Positions 26,637 through 40,800 of a DNA stretch of 64,000 nt are shown here, piece by piece. A model generated the notes under the pieces. It made no database searches. It saw only the letters and a program-made list of their open reading frames with translations, and had not been told where the DNA came from. Each line of letters opens with the position of its first letter. Position 1 is the first letter of the stretch. The stretch comes from Balanoglossus misakiensis (lineage: Eukaryota > Animalia > Hemichordata): positions 9,133,061-9,197,060 of the forward strand of contig CM082584.2 of the NCBI GenBank assembly GCA_040954595.2, in the 5' to 3' direction. The position numbers and the translations under genes are program-made.

Positions 26637-27177
26637 CCCGAAAGCAGTTTAGAGTATATAACTTGATAAACAATAGCAGAGTGTTGGCGCGTGTCCTTTG
26701 AGGTGAATTCTTGACAACAGTTGGAAAGCTGTGATGCTGACCATAAATTCTTTTCCCAACCACAACTTGCTGAATCCACAAATAAAGTCGAAATGGCGAA
26801 ACTGGCGGGGAAATACCACTCATCTAGAAACCTTCGATTTAATTGGCTGAGCTCACGCACTGACCTTACGCTGTCTTTGATTGGGTGAAATCTTTTCAGG
26901 CTCGTAGAGATGTATTTTATTGATGAGAATGTTCCCACGTACATTGTGACAAAGTTTAAGTTTTGTATACTTTTACCTCATCTTAACTAGTAAATATTTA
27001 AAAATGTACATAAAATGGTTAATTTTCACCCTGGAATAAACAACGCTATGATATGAAATATACGACAGTCCGCGGTGTGTTTCGTTTCTGGTACATGCTT
27101 AAAGGTCAAAGTTCGAACTTGTGAATTGCACGATCTTCCCTGAAAGAAAACTGAAAGGAGGTGAAATCGGGAAAGCC
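26637..27177. promoter_or_regulatory. Bidirectional promoter ASF1 / PLAA (541 bp between start codons)
   Basis: Divergent ATGs at 26636 (-) and 27178 (+). E2F-like TTGGCGCG (~26684) and TGGCGGGGAA (~26803), CCAAT boxes (ATTGG at ~26842 and ~26880), and a DR1-like AGGTCAAAGTTCG at ~27103. Motif assignments are inference. Confidence 0.6.
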
Positions 27178-30100
27178 ATGGCAACTTATAAGTTAAGCTG
27201 TACTCTTGTCGGTCATGAACTTGACGTTAGAGCCGTCCAGGCAGCGTTTTCCCCAGACGGCGCTATAGTATCAGGATCAAGAGATAAAACAGCGCGAATA
27301 TGGGCGCCGGACAGGTAAATATATTGCGAACTCATGGCCTTGTCACCGGCACCGGTCTTGTCATCATTCATGTCTTATGCGATGGGATCGTCCGGTAATG
27401 CGTGGCTGTATAAGCAGACGGCAGTCTGTGGTACGTCCACGGATTCACCAGTTTTGATCGATTAAAACACACAAGTTAAACCCTTTCTACAGAGATCCAA
27501 CTTTGCCATTGAGTACAATGGGGACGTGTTGGACCAAACCAAGGTGGTGATCGGGCTAAATATAATCGGCTTTTGCTTTGTTTTATTACAGTGATGGCAA
27601 GAGCTACTCCCAAGTAATGAGCTTGATGGGACACACCAATTTTGTTTCCTGTGTGTGTGTCATGCCTCCCAGTGAGGAGTATCCACAGGGGCTGATCATG
27701 ACAGGAAGTAACGATCACAACATCAATGCATACACTCCAAACTCACCCTTTCCAGTGTATACACTCAAAGGACATGATAATACAGGTGAGCGTTATTGCC
27801 AAGGCGACAGTGATTGAAAACACTTCTGTACCTGTGTAGCATCTTACAGAGCTCAGTCAACTGTAGCAGACTGTTACTAGTATGCTACTGACCAAAGATG
27901 TGATAGAGGGACTGTGTACCAACCGTGGAGTGTATTCCCTTGCTTTTTGGACATTTTTGTTTCATTAATACATGTACGTACCTAGTTTGCAGAATTTTAA
28001 TCAAAATACAGAAGTTTTGAATACTTTTTTTCAGTAGTGTGATCCACCCACATAATGCTTTAAGTTGTTTTTTTTTTGCACATGTTATTTTGTGTTTTCA
28101 GTATGTACCATGTCTGCTGGTAAATTTGGTACGCTCCTGAGTGGATCGTGGGACTGTACTGCTAAGGTGTGGTTGAAGGAGAAAAATGTGTTGACGTTAA
28201 GTGGTCACTCGCTAGCTGTGTGGGCCGTCGCCATCTTACCTACCCAGGGGCTGATGCTGACAGGGTCGGCTGATAAAGACATTAAGATGTGGAGAACTGG
28301 AAAATGTGAAAGAACATTTAAAGGTAAATGATGATGTTGGTGTTTTTCAGATGAGAAATAATGTCGAGTTGCTGATTACCACATTTCATATTGCATCAAA
28401 ACTGGTGCTGAGACTGAGTGAGTGCATGTATGTATACAAATGTGTCTCAGAGAATTCATGGTCCACCCCTAACAGGTCACAGCGACTGTGTTCGAAGCAT
28501 AGCTGTTCTGTCCGAAGTGGAGTTCCTCTCTGCAAGTAATGATGCAAGTATACGCAGGTGGCTGACGACGGGAGAGTGCGTCCAGGAGTTCTACGGACAC
28601 ACCAATTATGTGTACAGTCTTGCAATCTTGACGAATGGCGTCGATTTTGCAACGAGTGGCGAGGACAGAACGCTTCGGATATGGACGGGCGGGAACTGTG
28701 CTCAGACCATCCGCCTTCCTGCACAGTCTGTGTGGTGCGTTGCAGCTCTTCCGAATGGTGATCTTGCGGTAGGAGCGAGGTAAGTCTCATTGGCTTCTAG
28801 GCCCCTGATAGTCTTTTATCCATACTTGTCCTCTGTGAACTCTGACCTCACATCATGTATCCTCATATCCATGCAGCGACAACACAATCCGAATATTTAC
28901 AACCAGTGCCGAGAGAACGGCCAGCCCTGAGGAAATTGATATGTTCGAGAAACAAGTGGCGTCGTCCTCTCTGAATCCTCAGTCGGATGATCTGGGAAAG
29001 ATCAAGATTGACGAGTTGCCAGGACCAGAGAGTTTGAACAAGCCTGGTAGGTGTGTTTTTGAATCAAAGTGAGGGGGATGGAAAATTCATTCATGGTAAC
29101 TCAGATACAAAATGGCCACTTAGTGTGTATAACAGGCACTTTGTGGGTTCAAGTCTAACATTTAATGAGCAACAACCCCAACTATCCTCCTTTGATTGTA
29201 GGGAAACAGGACGGACAGACTACCATGGTCCGTGTTGGTGAAAACAAAGTCGAAGCATATTCCTGGAGTGCCAGTGAAAGCAAATGGAATAAGATCGGAG
29301 ATGTGGTGGGATCTGCCGGTGCATCCGATGGGTCCAAGGGAAAACAGATGTTTGAAGGACAGGTATGGAAGTTGTGGAAATTTATATGAATTTTATAGTG
29401 AAATTCACATAATAATGTATACAAATGTGAAAGAGGTAAACTTCTAAAATGTCTGACTTCAATATTTGCTTATTTGCAGGAATATGACTATGTCTTTGAT
29501 GTCGACATAGAAGAAGGAAAACCAACGCTGAAATTACCATACAATATAACAGAAGATCCATGGTTTGCTGCGCAGAAATTTTTGCAGAGGAATGAATTGA
29601 GTGCCCTGTTCCTTGACCAAGTGGCCAATTTTATTGTAGAAAACACAAAAGGTACAACTTTGGGTAGTTCAGCTCCTACCGTGAGTGATCCCTTCACAGG
29701 TAAGAAATGAAATTCAGGTTTTTGTAGAATGTGACATTGTCAAATATCGTGAACTTACATGGGTTTGAGGTGCAACTCAAAGGTCTGTAATTCAAGTATA
29801 ATACTTGCTTCTTTGCAGGTGGATCCCGTTACATTCCTGGTAATGCAGCATCAAGTAGTGCGCCCCCATCAGGCACATCAGACCCATTTACAGGTAATAG
29901 TAAAGACATATTGACTGACCGTGAGGGCAATAGCACACGGCTGTCTTGTTCACAAAATGGATGAGTGTGTTACTAGACTAGCATAATTGTACCATGGTAA
30001 CATGAGAATCTTTGTCCGACAGGTGGTTCCAGGTACACACCAGGTGGTGATACTGCCCCCAGTCAGCCTGCAGCACCTCCAAATTTCCCAAGCGGCCATA

Positions 30101-31420
30101 GTGACCCTCTTACAGGTAAATATCTAGCTCAGGCATCACACACCATTATTGTGGACTCCAAATTTGGTAATCATTATCAGATGTTAACATTATACTGACT
30201 TTGATCACTAGGGGGCAGTAGATACATACCAGGTACTGGTCAGCCGCCTGTCCATCAAGTCCAACAAGCGGCGCTACCATCAACACCCAGCAATCCATAC
30301 TTCCCAAAGACAACATATCTGACCTTTGACACTGCAAATGTTCAGGCAGTCAGTGGTAAGTAGTAGCTGTGTTCAGTCTGTACAGCTAGAACTTCAGTAG
30401 TTGAGAAGCTGTGGTTTTGCTCTTAGTCAGCAAAATCTGAAATCATCCGATTTTTTTGACAAACTGTGATTTTGTACTCGCATCATTTGATATTGTAACA
30501 TCGTTGATACAATCAGTATTTTGTATTCACGACCAGGGAAACTGAAAGAGCTGAATAATGGAGTGAGGGAAGAACAAAAGATGGACGAAACGCATCTGGA
30601 TGAGGTTGCCAAGCTGATGGATAGGACAAAGACATCAACAGCTCAGCAGATTGAAATACTGTGGAAATTACTGCAGTGGCCAGCAGGTGAGGTTCAGATT
30701 ATAGGTTTGTTGCCCTTGAACCTGAAGTGACGACCCTGATACCACCACAATTGGGACAGCTTGTTGTTGGGACATAAAACAGTTTACACAGTTTACAAGA
30801 CCTGATTTTTCATAGTTTTAAGCACAGATATTTATGTTATTTTATTTTTTTCAGATGTTGTATTTCCAGCGCTGGATATTCTACGCATAGCGATCCTAGA
30901 CAGCAACGTCAACCAGCACTTCTGCAGTTCCAAAGATGGACGCCAGTTCCTGACTCACCTTTGCACCCTGCTGTCACATGACCCCACGCCGGCCAATCAG
31001 ATGCTGGTACTCCGAACACTGTGCAACGCCTTTGTGCACTCCCCGGGTCACCAGCTGCTGATGTCCAACATGGAAACTGTGCTGTCCGCGTCGATTCAGT
31101 GTCATTCTAGCGGCAATCGGGGTGTGAGGGTGGCGCTGTCGACGCTCTGTCTGAACTACTCGGCCGCGCTTCATGGCAGCAACGACGCCGAAGCCAAGTC
31201 GCAGTGTCTCTCCCTCGTAGCAGTCGGCATGGAAGATAATGACAATGAGGTCAAGTTCAGGTACCTTGTGACTCTGGGAAACCTCGTCGGCGACGATGAA
31301 AACGCCAAAGCCATGGTGTGGTCGCTCGATCTTCTACCTGTAATCAGCAAGATCAAATCGGTGAGAGACCCAGCCAAAGTGGGCGACTGTGCAAGACATG
31401 TGGAAACAATTCTAAGTTAA
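27178..31420 (+). CDS. PLAA: Phospholipase A-2-activating protein (Doa1/Ufd3; WD40-PFU-PUL), 12 exons, ~811 aa
   Basis: Exons: 27178-27314, 27592-27785, 28102-28323, 28476-28779, 28877-29046, 29202-29362, 29480-29699, 29819-29893, 30023-30115, 30212-30355, 30537-30686, 30855-31420 (2436 nt in frame). Motifs: [30 protein letters not shown] domain [44 protein letters not shown] repeats, PUL domain [14 protein letters not shown]. Confidence 0.97.
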
Positions 31421-31797
31421 AAATAACCAATGTTTATATGTAGATCCAGAGAAGAGAAGAAATTCAAATTTATCACAATACACATCAACTGTTTACAGCA
31501 GGAAAAGTGACCAGTACAAGCGCTGTATGCCGTCTGATGGTGGTTGGACAAAAAAAGTTCAAATGTACAGAATTCTTTTCTGTCAAGGTTCTTCTGCTCC
31601 AGAGTTAATATCCTAATCAACTAGTCCTTCCACTGCGGATAGAAACCAAACTGATTGTAATGTCAAATGCTGGAATTTTTGGATGAAAGAGATGATTAAA
31701 TTTTTTGTCTTGATATATTGCCTCATTGTTTTATTGTGCTATGGTATGAGAGTTCGGGTTATTTGGGTCACTCAAATAAAGGTACTCAATTTCTTAC

Positions 31798-31944
31798 CAG
31801 ATGAAAAGTCCAGTCCTCCATATGATGTACTGCGTGAACACCCATAGGAATCAGCTACACAAAACATATTGCTGTGACATGCATCTGGATTGCTAGCTGG
31901 ACACCCAGGACCACATTCTATTCCCCAGCTATTTTTACCACACT
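31798..31944 (-). pseudogene. Isolated, degenerate Tie-receptor-type EGF-like exon (probable relic of a cell-surface receptor gene; further remnants possibly up to ~32950)
   Basis: AG/GT-bounded 147-nt phase 1-1 exon encoding ECGKNSWGIECGPGCPASNPDACHSNMFCVADSYGCSRSTSYGGLDFSS. It resembles the Tie EGF repeat C..H.FG..C...C....C....FCLPDPYGCSC..GW.GL.C, but the last two Cys are replaced by R (CGC) and F (TTT). Confidence 0.55.
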
Positions 31945-34899
31945 CTGTAAAACAAGTCAATTTTTAAAAAAAAACAATATACTGCTGTAAGATATAAACA
32001 TGTATTATTATTAGTGAAAACGGACACTACGGTACATTTGTATGGGGAAAAAGATTTGCATACTTTGAAGTTGAAACGAAGAGAAGGCATGACATGTGGA
32101 AAACTAACGTTTATTGTTGACTGCAAGGCACCAGATGGAGGTACATGTATGTATTACAGCACTAAAAATGATCATCTTGTGATAACAATGGTTTGGCAGT
32201 GTCACTAAATCGTCACTTAAAAGAATTACTATATTAAAATAGATGATGTCATTTACTGTTTGTGTTAAAATGAAACAAGCACAAACCACAAAATATAATT
32301 ATTGTGATAAAAACAATATACACCTCAAAAATAGACAAATCACATTCGGACAGACTAAGAGCATTGTTCCCATACTTGTTTTCGTATCACTGAAATTTTC
32401 ATAGATTCACCTAAAATTTTATACTTAAATCTCGTGTACTCTCTCTCTCAAAAGTGTACCATAACTGCACACAATCCATGGGAAAATATTAAAGTCAGAT
32501 ATGGTAATTTTATGAAAACGAAAGAAGCAGGTAATACGGCCGTAAGGGACAACTCACGCACACATATTGTTCAGAGAACACAGCCTGGTTATCCACTGGT
32601 TGTATAAATGCTAAGTCAAGATTCTATTTGGTGTCTGTAGAGAGTTAAACATCTAGATCACTGTCTGTTGAGCATTAAGGCTGAACTGAGACAACGCAAA
32701 CTGAGAGGACAGGAAGAGACATTAAGACTAGAACTCTAGCTATCAAGCACTGTGGATATATATACATGTATACATATGGAATGATACAGTCACTGTCATC
32801 TTCACCTGCAAAATAAAAATACTGAACCTTGTGTATTATAAAATTTAAAGGCTCAACTTTCTGGCTGAATCTATTCCAATTCAAACTAGAAGAAACAGCT
32901 GAAACTATAAAGAACGTGGTCAATATTTCAAGATACATTTTCAGCACCGACATGATGTACTATGATCATGTGAATGAACTCAGGCTCTAAACATGCGGTG
33001 ATGATCATCCACCAATCACAGGAGGAAGATTGTCAATGTAGATTAACAATGTAACTATGTAAAATAAAATCGATGAGCTTCCAAATTAAAATCTCAAAAA
33101 AGCTTCACTCTGTAAAAATGATTACGGATTAAAAGCATTTTCTCAATTAAAACTATACATCATTTGTCTATAGTTTTTTTTACTGTGAATTCAAAATCAC
33201 AAATGAATCAATCCCAATTAACTTCACTACACAATAATGTATGTACATAACTGAGTGACTGAATTCACATTTCAGATTGATGGTCAGAAATTACGTTCTA
33301 GTTCAACTGATATTCTGATATGCATTTTATCTTGGCTTTGTATATGGTGCATTTCTTTCTGATACGATTACATTAACACCAATGTAGCAAACACACAGCT
33401 GAACAACTCATGAAACGAATAAATATGGATAAAAAACGTTTACCATGAAAATACCATTGTTTCGGCTAAACATGGGATATGGCAGTGGATGAATTGGGTT
33501 TCATTCCCATAGTCTGTCTTTGAAAGTATAAACTGAGGAACACCAGACTGCACTATCTCAAATGGATCAATTTTTTTACAGTTTTACTTAGATTGTGCCA
33601 TTGCTGATATGAATAATCAATTCAGATAACCAGCAAATCCAAGTGCCTTTCATAGTCCCTGTAATTAGAGGCAATTTTTAATAACATGGGATGACATCAG
33701 CTTAACATTTTTTTACATTTAAAAATACCTTAAAGCTTTAACACATTATCCCCTTTGAAAAATGTGTTCCTTTTAGTTGTAATTTTAGAAAATAGTCTTC
33801 CTTTTATTTTTTTACAATAACTAGAACAAGTTTCTGTAACTTCTAATTGAAATCAAAAATTATTTTTTTCTTTATAAAAAATATGCCCTTCAACACTTCT
33901 TGTGTCTCTCACCTGCATTACAATTGGAGTAATGTGATCAACTAACACATAAACATACTGAGGTAAAAGGTTAGCATGGATGACGCAAAAAATTCTTTCT
34001 TTTTTTAAACAAAGAATTGTGAACTTACAAGTGTGTCTTTTTACATCAGGGGAGCAGCACATAAAGGTAAAATGGCAGTTGTGGTAAATATCAAGAAAAT
34101 TTTCACCAAAAAAATAGAACTGGTTTTCTTTAATTTTGTGACCTATAACTTAAATACTGGTGTCGTGTATGTTTATGTATGAGAAATCTTGGCAGGAAAA
34201 AATACGGAAACTTGCATGCGTATTTCTTACAAATAACAGAATCTAGCACCAACTATAATGTAGTGTTTGTAGTATTGTATCAACACAATGTGGTGTTGAC
34301 TTTTGTCTGAATGAGAAACAGACCATAATGCAGGGACTGAATTTCCGACTTGTCTGTTGAAAGTCTTTAAAAAAAAGCAGAATCCCCCCCCCCTCTGAAC
34401 AAGTCCCACTGAAGGATAAGCAAAGCAGCTTCATAGCCCTTCTGGATTGTCTAAAAGTTTGTTTTCGGAAGAGTATGTCGCTTGTCTCCATGGTTTCAGC
34501 TCTGTTGGACTTGACCAGTAGCCATGTCAAAAAAAAAAAAGGATAGAATTTGTACAACACAGTTCTGCTGTCTAACCAGCTTCAGTGCAGTCATATCACC
34601 CATTGTCTCAAGTTCACAAACATTGTAACGAAAGATTACCAACAATGCCCATCAGGAAATATAAAAAAAATAAAAATACACGTACACACCAAAAAAATCA
34701 CCAATTCCCATAAAACTTAGAGGGTCAATAGGGGGCACATACTCATTTCAATCAACACTGCAATGCGCCTAATAAGCAGTGTGTTGACTTTGAAGTTAAA
34801 AAGGGGGCATGAAAAATCCACAGAGGCAGACATGTGACATCTCTGTCGTTTTTATAATACAACTGGCAACTTCTGTGTGCGTCGCCTGAGAATGACAGG

Positions 34900-37800
34900 T
34901 CAAACCAACTTTCTTCTCTTATAGGAATCAGCATAGTGGCCGCCCAGACCCTGCGAGTGCTGCCCAATGTATCCAGTCTCGGGGCTCGCCTCTGGAGAGG
35001 GAAGGATGTGAGATGCGTTGCGTTTCTGTCCGGGCACGGGGGTAGATATGACCTGGGAAATAACCACAGCAAAGTTGCAGTAAGGTACATGTGCATTAAT
35101 TGACCTGTCTATAAAGCCCACCTGTCTACAAAGGAAAGTCCCTTGCCTGGCCACTATAGACAGGTTTGACTGTATATATGCGACTTTATCATGAAAATAT
35201 ACTCGAGCATGTGTATTCACTATGGATCCAATTATTTTTCAGAGTAGAGAATTTCATCGTACCTGTGGTGCATACGCTGTGCTGTAATTGGTCAACACTG
35301 AATCCATTGGGACGTACGCAGGTGATGTCCACGGTTCTTGGAAGTAATTCGTGTTGGTTGCAGCAGCTGCAGTGGCCGCCGCAGCAGCTGCAGCACTGGC
35401 TTGGTACGGGTCTGTGCCGAACATGGTGCTCTGTACGCTGGGTTGACTGTGGGTCTGCTTCTACAGAGAGAGAGAGAGAGTAAATCGACTACATCAATGC
35501 CACTTTAATTTCCTTCTCATTTTATACTTCACATCTCATTCATTTCTTTCAAAAGTTCTTTTTGCACCATAGTATGTACAGAGCAGGATTTATTCAGTCT
35601 TTGTTTGATAAAAAGGGCTGCAATCTCAATAATTTGGACAATACACCCTTTTCATGTCTAGCGCCCTCACACAGCCATCATGACTTTGAACTCAAAGCGA
35701 GAAAAAGTTGATAAATCACATCAAAGGGATTTCCTCATTTCCTGCATTTGCCATCAAAGCAAAACTTATCCCTACACGCCTCAGTAATGCCGTAACATAC
35801 CTGCATGAATTTGTTGATGTAGTCATATGCTTGCTGGGCGGCCTGTGATAGGCCATACTGTGTCGTTGCTTGTTGACTGGCATCCAGTGCCTGTGTCTGT
35901 GTGTTTCCGTACCCGTATCCATTCTGCAACTGTTGTGATAGATACTGGTTCAGCTGATCACCGTATGTCTGTTGGTACTGGTCCAGTGCACTTCCCTGTA
36001 GGCATCAAAACACACAAAATACACAATCAAGACTAAAAAATTCACCACATGATGGTTTTAAAGACTATGCATTTATAAATCTCTACTTGTACTACCCACC
36101 AATCACCACTGTGCTGTTTTCTTTTCTGTGCGTGATCACGTCACAGAAACTCATGACATAAAGCATTATGCAAAGTCCTGATATTAATGCTAAATATTAA
36201 AATCACAGCAAGTGATCTGAGAGTCTCAAGCTCTAAAACCTTCACTTAAAGCCGGCATTCTTAAAAAATATCAATTTAATAAGATTAAAATTTCATTTAA
36301 ATACCACGGCAGCAATTCTGTATAAAGACTGCCTTGTTCTCATTTATTTATAAGCTGCTCAAGTCATCGCACCACATGGTGCCTTTTATTCAATGATTGA
36401 CAGCTCGTCACCGAGATCATAAAAACACACAAAACATTTGAGTTGGCCTGCTTCAAATAAAACGTGAGTTATGATTGAAATATACTGTAATTTGCATACG
36501 TTTAATACTAGACAGACCTTGCAACCTGAAGTTGCTTGCTGTCAAGGCTTTGTCACTCTTTTTATTTCAAGCTGCATGCAAGGCTGCGTGAGAAGACCCT
36601 TATTAACAAATTCATGCATTGGTAAGGATTATTAATAAGTGAGACTTGTGGGGCCATCAGCTCACTGGGCCCAGAGAGGATGAAATTCGGAGCCCATTCA
36701 ATGAAACCAGACTGAACTAGCAGAAACCCTGTCCTGTAATATTCTTCGAGGAAACCTTTAACCCTTTCACCCCAGTTCCCTCTATAGAGGACCAACCTTA
36801 CCATAGAAAACAATATGTTTGGACTGAACCATGATGGTGAGTGTTAAAGGTGTTACCACAGTCAGGTGTCGACTAAAAACTAGAAATATTGTATTTGACG
36901 TGTGAAATTCAATCGGATCTCTGTAAAAAGGCAACTTTGTCCTTTTAACATACAAGCACCAGGAGTGAACATGCATGTGACATAAACAGAGATCAGAATC
37001 AAAACTAACTTGACTACTAGCGTCCAGCTGTTGTTGGTATTGTTGACACCACTGTTGTAGATGACTTTGATACTAAAACACAAGAGAGAAATTCACACTG
37101 AATTTGTTGTCTGGCCAACTCAATTTTTAAAAAAATTCTTCTAGTCACAGCTAGAATCCCTCAGTAATGCATGCCAAGACACTCAGTTATACCGTATCTA
37201 CAATACCTATACCATAAATCAGTCCATCTAACCTTTGACCCACTTCCATACATCTTGTATTATGCAAATTTATGCAAATCAAGCAATATGAATTTTATCA
37301 GGCATACTGTCTATAACAGCAGCATCTAGAAAGCCTGAAACATACCTGGTCGAATTGCGTTTGTGGTGCTGTTACCGCCGCAGGTGGTGAATGCTGCTGT
37401 GCTTGTTGCTGTAGGTGTTGTGGAGGTGGGCTCTGATTGGATAAGCTCTGTACAAAAGCAAAGACATGCCATTATTGTACCTGGATCTGGGATATTCTTA
37501 ATTTTCAGTTGAATGGTCCTTTAACTAGAGGTTAAGGCTAATTGCTAATGAAACAAGTAGTGAAATTGTACTGGTGGTGATTATTTTTGTATACATTTCA
37601 GAAACAAAAACTATAACAATTACCTGAATGCTGGTTGGGACAGCCACTGGTACATGTCCAAGCAATCCCGTTTTCGGCTTGGTCACCACCAAGCCGCTGC
37701 TGGAGCTGACAGGAGGGTTTGCATTATTCTGAGGCTGAGCGGCTCCTGTCAGCGCCGCAATATACGCCGCCTGCGTCTGCACCAACGCCGCAGTGGCCGG

Positions 37801-40800
37801 ATCGCCCAGCAAGGAGGGCTTGCCGGTCGCAGGGGTCTGTTTGTGTTGCTGCAACTGGGTGATCAAGTTCTGCTGCGCCTGAGCCACAGCCTGCAGGTAG
37901 GTGAGATTCGGAGATGTGGCCGCCGCAGCTTGCGTTGCAGTGAGGGTCGGACCACTGTTACTGAGGGGTGTGCTGCCTAGTTGAGTTGCTGCGTGTCCGT
38001 TTGCCAGTAGTAGCTTCTCCGCGATCTGTGCTGGGTTTCCCAGCGCGCTGGTTCCGTTGGTGGGACTGGTTCCCAAGAGGGGGATTTTCTTGGTCGCGCC
38101 TTGTGCGTTGGTGACTTGCTGCGCTTGCTGGATTTGCTGCTGCATGTGGAGCTGCATCTGCTGCTGTTGTTGCTGTACGGCCAGAAGCAATGACATGGGG
38201 TTGTTCAAAGTCGATGCAGTCAGTGGTGCTCCAAGAAGATGGGGCTTGGTGGCCTGCGTAAAAAGGGCATCAAATACAACATTACTATTACAGGTACAAA
38301 ATTTATGAAATTAGAAGTGTACTCATTTAAAATACTCCATCAGTCCCTTCTAAGTTGATTAATAAAAAAATCATTTGAACATGCATGAGCAGCATGACTC
38401 AACCAAGGTTACCTGCCGGGAAGTATTGTCAAAGCCAGGCGGGGCTGGTCTTTTCCTGGATGCTGTGTTAGTAGGAGTCTGAATATTTGGTGTGGGAAGC
38501 AAGCCTGGCTTCTTTCTGCGTGTGCCTGACTGTTTTTTATCTCTACCTTCTAATAATAGTCTATTGTTTGGTGCCCGATCTCTGACTGAACTCTCTATCG
38601 GTGTCATGCTCGTTTCTGGCCTGCCTTGTCTGTCTTGTATCTGACCTGGCCTTGTACTGATGCCAGTACGCATCACTGGTCGAATGTGACGACTCAGAAA
38701 CTGCATGGGAAGGCTAGCTTGAAACGGTCTGTGTTCTAACCCTGGGATCGGCTTCCGGCAACTGCCTGGGAATGGCTCTCGGAATACTTGCTGCTGGTTT
38801 GGCGATATTGGTTGCCGACATGGTGGAGGCTGTCTGACTGGGAATGAACTTGGCATTGGTGGTGGCAGCTGATTGGCCACAGGAGGGCGTTGGCCAGGTG
38901 TGAGGTTTCTGAGAAACATTCTGTGTGCTCTTTGTTGACCAGGGCTGGCTAGGAGCGGCTGTGCACCTGGTTGGCACTGATTGGGTAAAAAGGGGCGGCT
39001 GCCAGGTGGATTGAAATTTGCCAAGCGTGGTGGTGCACATGACAGTTGATTGGGCAGCATAGGTTTTGTACTAGACTGATCTTGATTAGCTCTTGGTGGG
39101 TGTTCACCTGGTTGATATTGATTTGACTGCAACGACTGATGCTGATTGGTTGAGAAAAGTTGCTCTTGGGCCTCCTGCAACTTGGCTGGTGATATCTGCT
39201 TTGACTGCAGTTGACCAAACATCCTACAGCTTTGGGCAAGCTGATCCAAAGTTAAGCAGTGTGGAACCTGAGTGGTTGACAGAGTTTCTTTATTCACACT
39301 CATAGCAGGCTGATCTGGGGGCAGAAGGCCTCTGTGTGGTAAAATATTCCTGTCTTGCATTTGGCTCATTGCAATCAACAACTGTCTATGACCATTGCCA
39401 TGTGGCTGCATAGGCGAACTTGTATCTCTGTTTTGACTGAAACGTTCAAAGCTGGCTTCACTATCTAACCCTGCACTGACTGCTGACCTGGGAATCCTGT
39501 CACTTGACTGCCTGAGACTTAGACTGTCTTCACTGACCTCATTTGTGATCTACTCACAAAAAGAACAGAAAGGTTACTAAGGTTTAAAAACATCTCCCAT
39601 GCTAATCTTGCAAAATCTGAAAAACACACGCCAATCATAAAAAAAATTCTGCTCTTTGGGTTGCTTTACAATTTACACATACACTACTTAAAAGCAAAAT
39701 CTATGTAAAGTGAATGGAATGAGAATGTTTAAGGAAGTAGGGACCTGTTTAGTTTATTGAAATATTTAATAGACAAGGGATGAAAAATTTCTCATTTCAC
39801 ATTTATATGTAGCTTTTCTGGTTTACCCAGTGTTCAGACAGAATCTCACTGCAACTGATCAGTTGGTGATTAAGAGGCATTCCTACGTGTGCCTGTAGAT
39901 GACTTCCTCAATATCGTCTTTGATTGACTATTTCATTAGACAGCATTTAACCCTGGGGCGATTGTCTCCCGTGACAAAAAAGCAGTGATCATTAGCTGTG
40001 AACAGCAAATTGGGAAGGGGCAGTGGGGGAGACAACTTGCATCTGTCACAGAGATTCAGTCTTAAATTATCAAGAATTTACAGCAAGTAATAGGATTTCT
40101 TTGGATTTTATATTAACTCACCTTTTCTTTGGTCTGTGGCTGGAACTGATTCTGAAGATGGGGAGGAACTAATGCCGTTACCATGGAAGCGGACGCTTGT
40201 TGGGGACCTGTCTGGCTGACAGGAATAAATGGCAGTGACGGTGGAGCTCCAAGCAAACCTGAAAATGTCAACATATCTATACATGAAATATCTAATGTTG
40301 GTTTTTCTTAATCTGATTGTCAAAGATTATCACCAGTACAGTCAAACCAGTGTTAGAGACCACCTCTATATAGTGGCTACTTTTCATGGATTTTATTTCT
40401 TGTTGAAGGAAGTACATGTAAATAAGGACATGGAATTGTTGGTGGGGGAATTCTTATGGCTTTTCGAAACCTACAAATTACCATGTGGGAGTCGTGCGCT
40501 TAGCATGTGAATCAGAAATCTGAAAGAAGCCGTTTCTTATTCTGTCACATAAAAGTTTTGTGATATAGTAGCCATGCGTAGCTCTAGGGATGAAATGGCA
40601 CGGAAAAGTCAGTAGCTGTGAATTCAACTGTGAAAGTATCTCTATTCAGCCTTGTATTAAAAAACACCACACTAAATACAAGTTGTGTTTGATCAAAGAT
40701 ACATGTAGACTGAGATCGAAGATACAACATGCTGGCTTTCATCGTTCTCTGTGGGGATGTAGCTATGATTAAACACAGTAAAACATTTATGTAAATGCAT

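Noticed and set aside
36802-36872. Another cryptic exon in a RAVER intron (TTTTTAG|...ATG|GTAAGG)
   Set aside because: It has splice-like motifs only. The 71-nt length shifts the frame and there is no supporting feature, so it cannot be told from background.
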